A DNA stretch of 64,000 nucleotides from a virus. The stretch spans positions 19,297-83,296 of IMG/VR virus record IMGVR_UViG_3300023181_000004; one strand, written 5' to 3'. The translations under genes were made by a program, and so were the position numbers. Shown in pieces: positions 1 to 10,118 of this stretch. The notes under the pieces are model-generated. The model worked only from the letters and a program-made list of their open reading frames with translations, was not told the origin of the DNA and ran no database searches. Within the stretch, counting starts at the first letter, position 1, and each line of letters starts with the position of its first letter.

Positions 1-1
1 C

Positions 2-613
2 GGCGCGCCGTTCGAGAAGATCATCCTCGACGAGGATGAGGCATACAAGGACGGCTACCACTCGGGTCTTGCAATCGGATTGGGCATGGACGGCAAATCT
101 TTTTACCACGCTGGCGGACCTCACGTTGGTTCGGCACCAAGCCACGGTTGCCGCCATTTGCTGCAACACTACGAGTTCGCAGAACGCAACAACGCGGCAT
201 GGCGCAAGGGCTGGGCCGCAGGACAGGAGCGCGCCAAGATGGCGAAACCACTCGACTTCACCAAGCCGTTGCGCACCGTGAAAGACCACAAGCCGGTGCA
301 TTACGTCGGCCCGATCAATCCGGATGGTGATGACCATATGGTCAACATCGCCTACGACAACGGCCCGCCGCCGCGCTACGGACAGGTGCCGATCGCCATC
401 GACAAGTTCGGCTCGCAGGGCCACGGCCACTACGAGAACGTCGTCGAGAACGTGCCGGTGCCGCAGACACGGTACTATGCCTTCGACACCGAGACCCGCT
501 CGGTTATAATCGACCCCCGTGGTGTTCTCAACGTGCCGCGTAGTGATCGTCACTATCTGCGTGTCGTTTTCCTCGACGGCGTGCCGATCGAGAGCGAGCT
601 GGTGGCGCCATGA
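2..613 (+). CDS. Hypothetical phage protein, 5'-truncated. N-terminal part has a Rmf/CrpP-like motif; a likely internal start at 239 (MAKPLDFTKPL) begins a small phage repeat domain
   Basis: Frame is open from base 2 (..AYKDGYHSG..WRKGWAAGQ); AGGAG lies upstream of the in-frame ATG at 239. Confidence 0.5.
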   Translation, partial: GAPFEKIILDEDEAYKDGYHSGLAIGLGMDGKSFYHAGGPHVGSAPSHGCRHLLQHYEFAERNNAAWRKGWAAGQERAKMAKPLDFTKPLRTVKDHKPVHYVGPINPDGDDHMVNIAYDNGPPPRYGQVPIAIDKFGSQGHGHYENVVENVPVPQTRYYAFDTETRSVIIDPRGVLNVPRSDRHYLRVVFLDGVPIESELVAP

Positions 614-1338
614 GCAGCGACATGTGCCGCCGCGAGCGTATTCGCTACCAAGGTCAGCTGGGGTGGACCCATTATATCCACCACGATTACATTAACCTTC
701 GCCTTGACAGCGGTGTTAATCATAGCATCGTTCGTCCAGCAGACGTAGAGTTCGTCACGACGATCGACTGGACCCAGCCGATCGAGTTGGACGACGGCAC
801 CCCGCTGGTCATTCGTAATCCGAACCAAAACGAGCTGTTCGTTGATATTCGCTGCGGGGTCGCCCACGCGCATCCTGCCTTCCCGATCGGTAAGTTTGTC
901 GGGTCGGCACGGCGCGAAGACGGTCTCGTTATTTCCAACCACAAATATCATGTGAGGAACCGCATCATCATGGCCATTCCCATCAACACTGACGAGCCGC
1001 TTGAATACGTCTCGGGCACTGAGACGGCTGTTGCCTCGTTCATTACCATCACAAGTGAGGGTCACATCCTCGTCGGACGCGGTGTGGGCCTTGCTGAGAG
1101 CCTCGACTGGTGCATCTTCGACAAGGCCGGCAAGTTCGTTCGCAGCAGCAACGGCCAAGGCACTGGCCTGACTTTGCGCAACAAAATCAACAAGATCGTC
1201 CGCAAGTACAAGGTCGAGACCACGCCGCGCGGCAATTTGCAGTTCATCGAATGTCGGTCCTTCCCGGAAGGCGCCGATTTCGAAGTCGTAACGGAAGGCG
1301 ACCGCGTTGTGTCGATCACGCCGAGGGCCGGTCTGTGA
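610..1338 (+). CDS. Hypothetical phage protein with two copies of a small 'IDWTQP/INTDEP' domain
   Basis: ATGA overlap with upstream stop; internal similarity to the C-terminal half of the upstream ORF. Confidence 0.65.
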   Translation: MSSDMCRRERIRYQGQLGWTHYIHHDYINLRLDSGVNHSIVRPADVEFVTTIDWTQPIELDDGTPLVIRNPNQNELFVDIRCGVAHAHPAFPIGKFVGSARREDGLVISNHKYHVRNRIIMAIPINTDEPLEYVSGTETAVASFITITSEGHILVGRGVGLAESLDWCIFDKAGKFVRSSNGQGTGLTLRNKINKIVRKYKVETTPRGNLQFIECRSFPEGADFEVVTEGDRVVSITPRAGL

Positions 1339-1688
1339 CGGTCCTCACAACGGAAGGTCTGGCCGATGCGCTGGGATGCTTCTGGAACGCAGCGATTGGA
1401 GCTGCGCACACGCAGCAGGAGGGCATGGCGACCGCAGCGATCATGGCCGAAGGAATTGCTGCGGTGCAGCACAGGCTCGAAGAACAGAGCGCTGATGATC
1501 GCATTCAGAAGGCGATCGACATGGCTGTCCAGCACGGCGGCCACGACGGCGCGCACCACAAGGACTGGGTGATCGACCAGATGGTTCGCATCCTTGCAGG
1601 CGATCGCTACGATCAGATCGTGGCGGAAGCCCGCAGTGGTGAGGACGGCCCCGAAACCTATGATTGGGAGATAGGCATTGCCCCATAA
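1335..1688 (+). CDS. Hypothetical phage protein (GGHDGAHHKDWVIDQM motif)
   Basis: GTGA overlap with upstream stop; phage-like codon usage. Confidence 0.65.
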   Translation: MTVLTTEGLADALGCFWNAAIGAAHTQQEGMATAAIMAEGIAAVQHRLEEQSADDRIQKAIDMAVQHGGHDGAHHKDWVIDQMVRILAGDRYDQIVAEARSGEDGPETYDWEIGIAP

Positions 1689-2148
1689 CATTTTCCTGCC
1701 GCCGCTCGATAGCCAGTGGCGCTTCGGCGCCGACTGGACGCCGACTGGCGAGTTCCTCTCATCCTCCTACAACGAGGAGACCTTGTGGGGTTGGAGTGGG
1801 CGTTATTCCGGCTCGATCGAAGCATGGAAGAAGGCCACCGGCGACAACACCAACGACGATGCCCACGCGCCGGGCGGGTGGCTTGATCGGCTGCGGACGT
1901 GGGAGGCCAAGTTCAAGGAAGAATATGGCACGCCCGAGTTCGTCGCTGGGACCATCTTCCAGATGGAACGCTATCACATCAGCCGCTCGGGCGAGGATCA
2001 AATCACCGTCAAGGTGCTGTTGTCGCCCGACAAGCGGCTCACGCCCAAGAAGCAGGGCGGCATCATGCGCGGCGCCGGTCGGTTATATTTCAGCCTCGCG
2101 CAGTTCAACACGCTGCCAGATTTGGAGCAAGTCCATGACCTGTCTTGA
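1678..2148 (+). CDS. Hypothetical phage protein, paralog of 21992..22375
   Basis: Shared RYH[IV]S and LTPKK[QN]GG motifs. Confidence 0.65.
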   Translation: MPHNIFLPPLDSQWRFGADWTPTGEFLSSSYNEETLWGWSGRYSGSIEAWKKATGDNTNDDAHAPGGWLDRLRTWEAKFKEEYGTPEFVAGTIFQMERYHISRSGEDQITVKVLLSPDKRLTPKKQGGIMRGAGRLYFSLAQFNTLPDLEQVHDLS

Positions 2149-2797
2149 AGAAGTCACGGCGCTTTGCGTGACGCTCGGTCTTTCGACCGACTACGACGAG
2201 AAGCAGACAGCGCCGATCGGCAACGGAACGACGCAGTCTCAGACGATCGAGAGCCACGCTGGGCGGCTGACGCGCCGACTGGAAGAGCACCTCGGCCTGA
2301 TCCCGCAGGGGCAGCTCGGCGTGCGCGTTCGCGCTATCAAGACGATCCTTTCGTCGCCGCTTGGCAAGGCGGTAAAAAGCAAAGCGCGGATCATCCTGTT
2401 CACCGGCCATTACAGCCCCGCGCTGTGTCGTCTCCATCCCGATCTGCTGTTCGTCTTCGGCGACAACACGATCCGCGAGGGCTGCGGCGGGCAGGCGGCG
2501 ATCCGGCGCGAGCCGAACGCTGTCGGCGTGGCGACGAAATGTTTGCCATCGAGCAATCCCGACGCGTTTTTCAAGGACGGCTACCCCGCCGACATGGGCG
2601 TGGTCTGCGAAGATCTGATGCGTCTGGAGATGAAGATCAAGGACGGCAAGCGCGTCGTCCTGCCCATGACGCCTGAGGGTCGCATCAGCCTCGGATGCGG
2701 CCTCGCCAATCTGCCCTACCATGCACCGCTCATCTACATGATGATCGAACGCTGGTTTGGTCGGATGACCAAGATGTACCCCTCGACCGGAGCATAA
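2135..2797 (+). CDS. Phage protein with C-terminal FVFGDN domain (possibly macro/A1S_2505-related nucleotide-binding fold)
   Basis: LFVFGDNTIREGCGGQAAIRREPNAVGVATK motif; ATG 2135 after GGAG. Confidence 0.5.
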   Translation: MTCLEEVTALCVTLGLSTDYDEKQTAPIGNGTTQSQTIESHAGRLTRRLEEHLGLIPQGQLGVRVRAIKTILSSPLGKAVKSKARIILFTGHYSPALCRLHPDLLFVFGDNTIREGCGGQAAIRREPNAVGVATKCLPSSNPDAFFKDGYPADMGVVCEDLMRLEMKIKDGKRVVLPMTPEGRISLGCGLANLPYHAPLIYMMIERWFGRMTKMYPSTGA

Positions 2798-2801
2798 TCC
2801 C

Positions 2802-4772
2802 ATGACCTTCAAGACCTTCGCCGCCGCAGTCCACGCTCAGTACGAGCGCATGTCGAAGCACGAGCTGTTCGTGGTCGACACCGGCGATCTTTTCGAGACG
2901 TATCTCGCCGCCTTCCCCGAAGGCACGGACCCGATCTACCGCGTTCGCACCGTCCACGATTGCAACGCCGACAAGAACTTCATCCGCCGCCTTGGCAATC
3001 TGATCATGCTCGGTGACAACGGCGAGCGTATTTCGGTGTGGGACTGGGTCGGCGCTCTGCCTTATCCCTACGACCTCGTCGCAGTCCGCCTGTCGAACGT
3101 CGTTCAGCAGGCACCGATTAAGTCGGTCTTCCGCACCAAGGAGAAGCTGTTCGGCAGCGCGCCGAACCGCGACAACCACGACGAGTCGATCGTGTGGGAC
3201 CACTTCATGGGCAAGGTCGCCAGCCGTCACCACAGCACGACGCCAGACAAGCTGCGCGGCGAGCGCGACGCCATCGCGCAGGTGCTGCACCGCGGTCTCG
3301 ACGAGCTGAACGCCTCCGACATGGAGACCGTGCTCGACCTGATCGAGGCCAAGGCGTTGTACCGTGGTGAAGAGCACGTCGCGTCGATCAAGGGCTTCCG
3401 CCAGTTGCAGGCCGGCTACGTCACGGCAGCGGATCGCGATGCCTTCGTGTGGTCGCATCTGGATGACCGGAACGCGCGCTTCCGCAATACGGTGATCGGC
3501 ACGCTGCTGACCGACCTCGCCGAGGGCGTCGAGCTGGAGAAGGCCGTCAAGAAGTTCGAGGCGAAGGTGGCGCCCGAGAACTACAAGCGTCCCACCGCGC
3601 TCATCACGCCGAAGATGATCGAGCAGGCGGTCGAGACGCTCAACACGCTCGGCCTGACCGACGCCATCGAGCGCCGCTACGCGGTGATCGAGGATGTGGC
3701 CGTGGGCGACGTGCTGTTCGTCGACAACGAGGTGCGCGGCAAGATGAAGGGCGGCCTCGCCGATCTGCTGATGAGCAGCGCTAAGGTCAAGAGCTTGGCC
3801 TATGATCTTGCCTACAGCGCTCCGATCTCGATCGAGGACTTCATGGCGCTCGGCTCGAAGAAGATCGAGCTAGTGGTCGGCAACGACCAGCTGCGCAACT
3901 TCGTCAGCCTCACCGCACCGGTCCACGCCGACAGCGGCCTGTTGTTCAAGTGGAACAATGAGTTCGCATGGATGTACGACGGCGAGCTGGCCGACACTGG
4001 CATGCGTGAACGTGTCAAGGCGGCGGGCGGTAAGGTCGACGGTGAAATGCGCGTCAGCCTCGGGTGGTTCAACGGTGACGATCTCGATCTTCATTGTGAC
4101 CTGCCGAACCGTCAACATGTTTATTTCCACAATAAGATGGGCATTCTCGATATCGACATGAACGCCGGTGGTCCGCGCAATTCGGTTGATCCGGTCGAGA
4201 ACATGGCATGGGCGCGTGTGCCGGTGGATGGCGATTATAAATTCACCGTCAATCAGTACACACAGCGGACCCGTGACAAGGTCGGATTCAATCTGGAGAT
4301 CGAGGTGCTCGGCCAGCTGACCCAGCTGTCCTACGGCAAGAACATGCCGACCGGCACGAATATCACCGTGACCGTGACGATCAAGGACGGCAAGCTGGCC
4401 GGTATCAAGCATGGCTCGGATATAACCAGCACGAGCGCACCGACCGAGAAGTGGGGCGTCAAGACGCTCACGCCGATCCGCGTCGACACCATCATGCTGT
4501 CGCCCAACTATTGGGACGGCGCTGGCGGCATCGGCAATCGCCACTGGTTCTTCATGCTAGACGGCGTGAAGAACCCCGAGGCCACCCGTGGCTTCGTCAA
4601 CGAGTACCTGCGTGGGTCGCTTGACCCGCACCGGAAGGTCTTCGAGGTTCTGTCCTCCAAGACCAAGTGCCCGCCGTCCGACAGGCAGCTGTCTGGCGTC
4701 GGTTTTTCGTCAACCCGCGGTGACAAGGTGATCGCTATCGCCGATGGCCGCACGTATGAGGTGAAGTTCTGA
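2802..4772 (+). CDS. Large phage protein (656 aa) with a YfaP/DUF2135-like domain
   Basis: MRVSLGWFNGDDLDLH..LDIDMNAGG..VENM motif; strong codon bias. Confidence 0.65.
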   Translation: MTFKTFAAAVHAQYERMSKHELFVVDTGDLFETYLAAFPEGTDPIYRVRTVHDCNADKNFIRRLGNLIMLGDNGERISVWDWVGALPYPYDLVAVRLSNVVQQAPIKSVFRTKEKLFGSAPNRDNHDESIVWDHFMGKVASRHHSTTPDKLRGERDAIAQVLHRGLDELNASDMETVLDLIEAKALYRGEEHVASIKGFRQLQAGYVTAADRDAFVWSHLDDRNARFRNTVIGTLLTDLAEGVELEKAVKKFEAKVAPENYKRPTALITPKMIEQAVETLNTLGLTDAIERRYAVIEDVAVGDVLFVDNEVRGKMKGGLADLLMSSAKVKSLAYDLAYSAPISIEDFMALGSKKIELVVGNDQLRNFVSLTAPVHADSGLLFKWNNEFAWMYDGELADTGMRERVKAAGGKVDGEMRVSLGWFNGDDLDLHCDLPNRQHVYFHNKMGILDIDMNAGGPRNSVDPVENMAWARVPVDGDYKFTVNQYTQRTRDKVGFNLEIEVLGQLTQLSYGKNMPTGTNITVTVTIKDGKLAGIKHGSDITSTSAPTEKWGVKTLTPIRVDTIMLSPNYWDGAGGIGNRHWFFMLDGVKNPEATRGFVNEYLRGSLDPHRKVFEVLSSKTKCPPSDRQLSGVGFSSTRGDKVIAIADGRTYEVKF

Positions 4773-5182
4773 TGCCCAACATCTTCGAGACCGCCGCGCG
4801 CAAGCAGTTCCGCTTCCGCTCGGCCGCCGGCCTGCTCACGACCGAGCAGCTGTTCGGCCTGCCGCTGACCTCGACCACGGGGAAGGCCAACCTGAACGAC
4901 ATTGCCGTCGGCATCGCCGATGAACTCGACAAGACCGGCGCGCGCTCGTTCGTCACCACCGCCAAGACCGACCCGGCCAAGGTCGAGCTGAACGAGAAGC
5001 TGGAGGTGGTCAAGTTCGTGATCGCCGATCGCGAGGCGGCCAACGCGGACGCGGCCACGAAGGCCGAGAAGCGCCGCCAGCGCGACGTCCTGCTCGATGC
5101 GATCGCTGCGGCGGACGCCCGCGAACTGGGCGCCAAGTCCGGCGACGAGCTGCGCAAGCAGCTGGCCGCGCTGGACGACTAG
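4772..5182 (+). CDS. Phage coiled-coil protein, translationally coupled to the 656-aa gene
   Basis: TGATG overlap; IFETAARKQFRF..LFGLPLTS N-terminus. Confidence 0.7.
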   Translation: MPNIFETAARKQFRFRSAAGLLTTEQLFGLPLTSTTGKANLNDIAVGIADELDKTGARSFVTTAKTDPAKVELNEKLEVVKFVIADREAANADAATKAEKRRQRDVLLDAIAAADARELGAKSGDELRKQLAALDD

Positions 5183-5186
5183 GGTC

Positions 5187-5795
5187 ATGGACCCGAACAA
5201 TGGTCGCTACCTGATGGTGGGTAGCGACTGCGTCTACGAGGGAGGCCTTGCCTCCCTCGTCGGCAAGACCTGCACCATCACCAAGCTGACCTCGCCTCGG
5301 CGCGGTTCGGCGAACAAGCACCTCGTGCTTGCCCGTTTCGATTACGACGCTCGGGAGCGCGTCGTAGATATTCGCAACCTCGCTCCCAAGGGAAGTCCAA
5401 TGTCCAAGCTCGCAAACTTCAAGACCCTCGTCAGCACCGCCATCACGGCGCTGCTCAAGCCCCTCGACGCCGACAGCGCCAAGGAACAGGCCGTGCGCAA
5501 GCTCGGCGTCGCGGCGGAGATCGTCCGCATGGGCGAAGCCGCCAAGAAGAAGGCCAAGACCGAACTGACCACGCTCGGCATCATCACCGGTGACGTGCAG
5601 AACGGCGTGGTCTTCGACAGCCCTCGCTACGTCGTCACCGCGACGACCAAGGCGGCCAGCAGCCGCATCGACGCGGCGCTGATCGAAGATGCACTGGTGC
5701 GCGAAGGCGTCTCCGCCGCCGGCCGTCGGCGTTTCATCAGCGCCGTCACGGTCGAGAGCAAGGCTGCGACGTCGTTCGCAGTCGAGTCCAAGTAA
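5187..5795 (+). CDS. Hypothetical protein (alternative start at 5400, MSKLANFK)
   Basis: Open frame with good codon usage; purine-rich RBS-like run before 5400. Confidence 0.55.
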   Translation: MDPNNGRYLMVGSDCVYEGGLASLVGKTCTITKLTSPRRGSANKHLVLARFDYDARERVVDIRNLAPKGSPMSKLANFKTLVSTAITALLKPLDADSAKEQAVRKLGVAAEIVRMGEAAKKKAKTELTTLGIITGDVQNGVVFDSPRYVVTATTKAASSRIDAALIEDALVREGVSAAGRRRFISAVTVESKAATSFAVESK

Positions 5796-5848
5796 CCACC
5801 TAGGGTGACGCAGTATTCGCTGCGTCACCCAAAGTACAGGGTAGTGTC

Positions 5849-6052
5849 ATGCAACACAGCTATACCGCCTTTCACCGCCCTGTTATCCGAGCCGGCGTCA
5901 ACGGTCCGGACCCGCTGCCGCTGGCCGCTTGGACCCGCAGCTGGGCCGAGGCCCGTCAGATCCTCTTGAACGCGGGGCTTGCGTTCTATGTCTACGGCAT
6001 CTTGGTAATCCTGCCACATGCCGATATTGAAATGGAGATTACCTATGGGTAG
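5849..6052 (+). CDS. Small hypothetical protein with a hydrophobic segment
   Basis: Fits gene packing. Confidence 0.4.
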   Translation: MQHSYTAFHRPVIRAGVNGPDPLPLAAWTRSWAEARQILLNAGLAFYVYGILVILPHADIEMEITYG

Positions 6053-6362
6053 CAAACGCTTCCAGCACATCAAGACGCTGCAGGCCGCGGTCTTGGCCGG
6101 CGACAAGCTGGCCGCCAAGGCTCTCGAAGCACTCCTGTTCGTCCCGCATCATCTCCGCCGGGCGCGCGGCGGTCTGCGTCTCCGCTCGGGGTATAGCGGA
6201 CACGCTGATAATGCGTATCCGAAGCCTGCCTTCAAGCAAGGCTTGATGGTGACCGCCAAGACGTTGCAGGCGCGCAAGACCATCGACACCATCACGATCT
6301 CGCCGGACTACGGTCTCGATCGTCTGCAGATGCTCAAGACCCGACGGGAGGCGCGCGCATGA
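6045..6362 (+). CDS. Hypothetical basic protein
   Basis: GGAG RBS; ATGA overlap with next gene. Confidence 0.6.
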   Translation: MGSKRFQHIKTLQAAVLAGDKLAAKALEALLFVPHHLRRARGGLRLRSGYSGHADNAYPKPAFKQGLMVTAKTLQARKTIDTITISPDYGLDRLQMLKTRREARA

Positions 6363-6721
6363 TCGCCACAAACGAGCTTCACGCCGGCCTTCTCCTCGAA
6401 AAGGATCTGCCTCACCGGCAGATGGCGCTCGAACTTCTCGACGCTTTGCGCGCCGAGAAGACCGTCCACTTCATCTACGACCGCAAGATCCGCGTCGTCG
6501 AGGTTCACGCGCTCGGCACCAGCGTCAAGGACGCCTCGCTGGTGATGCGCGGCTATCAGGTGGCCGGTGTCGCCAGCCGCCCGCTGCCGCAGTGGACGTT
6601 GTTCTCGATCGCCAAGATCGACGCCATGACCGTCGGCCCCGAGGCCAGTCAGGCGCCGCGCGAGGGCTACAGCCAGGGTGATAAGCAGATGCAGATCATC
6701 CTCGCTGAACTGGCGCTGTGA
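6359..6721 (+). CDS. Stand-alone WYL-domain protein
   Basis: VHFIY..RVVEVHALG..MRGYQ..WTLFSIAKI..REGYSQGDKQM pattern. Confidence 0.7.
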   Translation: MIATNELHAGLLLEKDLPHRQMALELLDALRAEKTVHFIYDRKIRVVEVHALGTSVKDASLVMRGYQVAGVASRPLPQWTLFSIAKIDAMTVGPEASQAPREGYSQGDKQMQIILAELAL

Positions 6722-6874
6722 AACGCGACCACGGAAGCCCGCAGTGGCTGGCCTCCGTGGCACGCCTTGGTGTTGAGGTCGTGTTTTCTGGCCACGTCGA
6801 CCCGGATTTCGACGACGACAATGACAAGGCGCTCACCGGGGAGTGCCTTGACCATCTTCACAGAAGGATCCACC

Positions 6875-8983
6875 ATGCAGCTCGAACAAGTTCGCCGTGA
6901 CGTTAGCTCGGCCGGCACGATGCAGGTCGCCAAGGCGACCATCAAGGCCACCCCCAAGATCTTCGACATGTTCGCCAACGACACGTATGCGAACAAGCCG
7001 CTCGCGATCATGCGCGAGTTGGTTGCTAACGGCATCGACGCGATGCGAACGGTCAATCCCAATCGTCCTGTCGAGGTGAAGCTGCCGACGCCGCTCGATC
7101 CCACCTGCGTGATCCGCGACTTTGGCATCGGCATGTCCCACGATTTCGTCATGGGGCCGTTCATGGCCTACACCGATGGGTCGACCAAGGACAAGTCCGA
7201 CGACGATATTGGCGGGTTCGGTATCGGTTCCAAGTCGCCGTTCTCCTACGTCGATCAATACACGCTGCGCGTCGTTCATGAGAGCGTGCTGTCGGTCTAC
7301 ACCATGTTCAAGGACGAGGACGGTATCCCGGCCATCGGCCTGCAGGCGCAGACCACCACGGACGAGCCAAACGGCGTCGAGGTCAGCTTCCCCGTCGAGG
7401 ACGCGGACATGCAGACGTTCGCCGACGCTGCGCAGGAAGCGCTTCAATACTTTCGGCCGCTGCCGCTCGTCACCAACGGTACTTTGAACCCGCCCGACTA
7501 TACTTACGTCGGAAACAACTGGTCTATGCGTGCCAAGGCCGGTCCGCTCGGCATCATCATGGGCGGCGTGCGCTACCCGGCGGTGACGGCGAGCCTTGGC
7601 TATGAGCTGCGCAACGATCAGCGCCTCAAGCCGCTGCTGGAATATGGTCTCGACCTGATCCTGCCGCTCGGCTCGTGTGGCATCGCGATGAGCCGTGAGC
7701 AGCTGTCGTATATCCCGAAAACAACGGCCAACATCAGCAAGGCGCTGTCGGCGGTGATCGATGACGTGATCGCGACGTTCTCCAACTTCTTCGACAACGC
7801 GTCGTCGGAGTGGGAAGCGATGTCGCTTCTGGCGACCGAGACCGGCTACACGAACAGCGGCAGTCGTTCGGGTCGCGCACAGCTGTTGCTCTCGAACGCC
7901 AAATACAAGGGCGAGAAGCTGGAAACCAGCTTCCGCGTCGATGCGGGTGATTTCCGCCGGCTCGGCATCGCCGGTGACGAGATCAAGGCGTGGGCGATCG
8001 AACCGCAGCGTTCGCGTCGCACCAGCAACTGCCCGTCGCCGAAGTGGGGCACGCTCGTCGAGCTGTACGGCATCACTCCAGCCGAAATCGAGAAGGTCAT
8101 TATCGATGACCTGCCGCAGTCGCCCAAATCGAAGACCACGGCGCGTATCCGTGATTACGTCACTGTGCAGCCGCAAGCCAAGCGCATCCTCGTCATCCGT
8201 GGCAAGGATGAGAAGCAGGTCGAGGTGATTAAGAAGCTGCTGCGCGATCCCAGCGACGTCATCCTCACGTCGACGCTGCCCGAGCCGGTCAAGGCTGCAC
8301 CGAAGGTCAAGTCGGCGCGTCCCCGCGTTCGCATGTTCACCTTCAACGGATCGACCGATCGTTTCACGCATCAGCAGATCCGAAACCTCACGCCTGCTTC
8401 CAGTAAGCGTGACGCCGTGAAGGAGATCCCCTACGTCGATCAGCCGGCAGCGGGCATCATGGTCGTGATGAACAGCTTCGATCTGCCGAATGAGTTCCAT
8501 AAGCAAATGGCCACGGGTCTCGTCAAATACGATGAGCTGCACTTCGTCAACATCGCCGACGAGCCGAAGCTCAAGGCGACGTTCGAGAACTTTGACGTCG
8601 TGTTCGCGGAGCGTCTGGCCAAGGCGCTGGCCGTTTATCCCGAGCTTCCCCAGCGCCTCGCGCTGTCGAAGGACGAACATCTGCAGCGATTTGCCAACGT
8701 GTTCGAGAAGATCACGAACGATCGCCGCTATACCGATTTGCCTTCCGCAGCGAAGAGCCGGCCGTTCGGCAAGCTCTACGAGGCGTGGCGGCAATATGTG
8801 CGACCGCTGACGTCGGAGCAGCATCGTCTCGCTCCGTTCGTCAAGGCCGTGCTCCCCGCCGGTGTCGATCCCAAGGCCTTGGCCGAGGCGATCGACGTCA
8901 AGCAGCGCGAGGTTCGTATCCTCGTGAATGCGCTCAAATTGGAGGACGCGGAGCACCGCGCCATCTTGTTTAAGCACCTGTAA
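6875..8983 (+). CDS. rIIA: RIIA-like protein (GHKL/HATPase N-terminal domain)
   Basis: YANKPLAIMRELVANGIDA, IRDFGIGMS, STK..IGGFGIGSKSPFSY; adjacent to rIIB. Confidence 0.85.
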   Translation: MQLEQVRRDVSSAGTMQVAKATIKATPKIFDMFANDTYANKPLAIMRELVANGIDAMRTVNPNRPVEVKLPTPLDPTCVIRDFGIGMSHDFVMGPFMAYTDGSTKDKSDDDIGGFGIGSKSPFSYVDQYTLRVVHESVLSVYTMFKDEDGIPAIGLQAQTTTDEPNGVEVSFPVEDADMQTFADAAQEALQYFRPLPLVTNGTLNPPDYTYVGNNWSMRAKAGPLGIIMGGVRYPAVTASLGYELRNDQRLKPLLEYGLDLILPLGSCGIAMSREQLSYIPKTTANISKALSAVIDDVIATFSNFFDNASSEWEAMSLLATETGYTNSGSRSGRAQLLLSNAKYKGEKLETSFRVDAGDFRRLGIAGDEIKAWAIEPQRSRRTSNCPSPKWGTLVELYGITPAEIEKVIIDDLPQSPKSKTTARIRDYVTVQPQAKRILVIRGKDEKQVEVIKKLLRDPSDVILTSTLPEPVKAAPKVKSARPRVRMFTFNGSTDRFTHQQIRNLTPASSKRDAVKEIPYVDQPAAGIMVVMNSFDLPNEFHKQMATGLVKYDELHFVNIADEPKLKATFENFDVVFAERLAKALAVYPELPQRLALSKDEHLQRFANVFEKITNDRRYTDLPSAAKSRPFGKLYEAWRQYVRPLTSEQHRLAPFVKAVLPAGVDPKALAEAIDVKQREVRILVNALKLEDAEHRAILFKHL

Positions 8984-9051
8984 GCGTATATGTACCGAGC
9001 CGCGGCGGCTTCCGCGGCACTACCGATCTTGAACCAAAACTGGAGAATATC

Positions 9052-10071
9052 ATGGCTGTTCCATATACCCGCACGCCCACCTCGCTCACCGTGGTCGTGG
9101 ATTTCCGCCCGACGGTCATTCCGTCGAGCCACCCGAACTTCGTCCAGCTGTCCGAGCTGGTCGCGAAGCCGAACACCACCGAAGCTGACGTCAAGCCGCT
9201 CCTCGATATCCCGACTGCAATCACCACCTACACCGGCGGCGAGATCAACGTCGTCAACGGGCGGCTGTTCTATCGCGGCGTCGAGGTCAAGGACAACCTC
9301 GCGCAGGTCATCCTCGGGTTTGTCAAGTCGGGTGACCCGACCGCTGCCGAGCCGTTCAAGAAGTTCCTCGCGAACTGCCGGAACAACCCCGACCTCAACC
9401 TCGTCTCGACGATCTACGATTGGTGCGTGAAGGGGAATATGCCGATCACCCCCGATGGCGAGCTGATCGCTTGGAAGATCGTCGGTCCCGACTTCAAGTC
9501 GATCCACTCGGGCAAGCGCGGCCGGCTCGATCACTCGATCGGCGCGACGGTGACCGAACCGCGTGAGGAGTGCGATCCCAACCGGACGCAGACCTGCTCG
9601 ACCGGTATCCACTTCGCCAGTCTCGAATACATCGAGAAGGGCGGTTACGGGGGCGGTCTGTCGGGCAAGAACAAAATCGTCGCAGTCGTCGTCAACCCGG
9701 CCGATATCACGGCAATCCCGACCGACTACAATTTGTCGAAGGGTCGGTGCTGCCGTCTTCGCGTCGTCGGTGAGGTTGAGGCCCCCAAGGTCAAGACCTT
9801 CTACGAGAACACCGGCAAGGTCTATGGCGGCTGGTCGGCTGCGCCTGCGCCTGCGCCGACCCCGTGCACGCCCCGCAACGCGGCCGGCTTCGCCGTCGGT
9901 CAGCGCTGGGCGCGCCGCAACGGCTATGAAGTGACGATCACGTCGATCAACGGCTCGACCGACTATCCGGTCAAGGCCGGCTCGGACGTCTTCACGAAGA
10001 ACGGCCGGTTCAACAGCGATACCTCGGTGTCGCAGTTCGATCTCGTCCGTCTCGTCAAGGACGTCGCGTAA
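9052..10071 (+). CDS. rIIB: RIIB-like protein with an extra C-terminal small domain
   Basis: PITPDGELIAWK, CDPNRTQTCSTGIHFAS, VNPADITAIPTDYNLSKGRCC. Confidence 0.85.
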   Translation: MAVPYTRTPTSLTVVVDFRPTVIPSSHPNFVQLSELVAKPNTTEADVKPLLDIPTAITTYTGGEINVVNGRLFYRGVEVKDNLAQVILGFVKSGDPTAAEPFKKFLANCRNNPDLNLVSTIYDWCVKGNMPITPDGELIAWKIVGPDFKSIHSGKRGRLDHSIGATVTEPREECDPNRTQTCSTGIHFASLEYIEKGGYGGGLSGKNKIVAVVVNPADITAIPTDYNLSKGRCCRLRVVGEVEAPKVKTFYENTGKVYGGWSAAPAPAPTPCTPRNAAGFAVGQRWARRNGYEVTITSINGSTDYPVKAGSDVFTKNGRFNSDTSVSQFDLVRLVKDVA

Positions 10072-10083
10072 CCTTGTGACATT

Positions 10084-10118
10084 TCCTCGGTCTCTGGCAA
10101 CAGAGACCGAGGATTTGT
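10084..10118 (+). terminator. Probable intrinsic terminator after rIIB
   Basis: 13-bp stem TCCTCGGTCTCTG/CAGAGACCGAGGA, GCAA loop, followed by TTTGT. Confidence 0.6.

Noticed and set aside
6833-8977. 714-aa antisense ORF over rIIA (also 8776..10488, 53844..55610, 17942..19138 and others)
   Set aside because: Shadow ORFs from strong GC codon bias on the coding strand; no recognisable motifs
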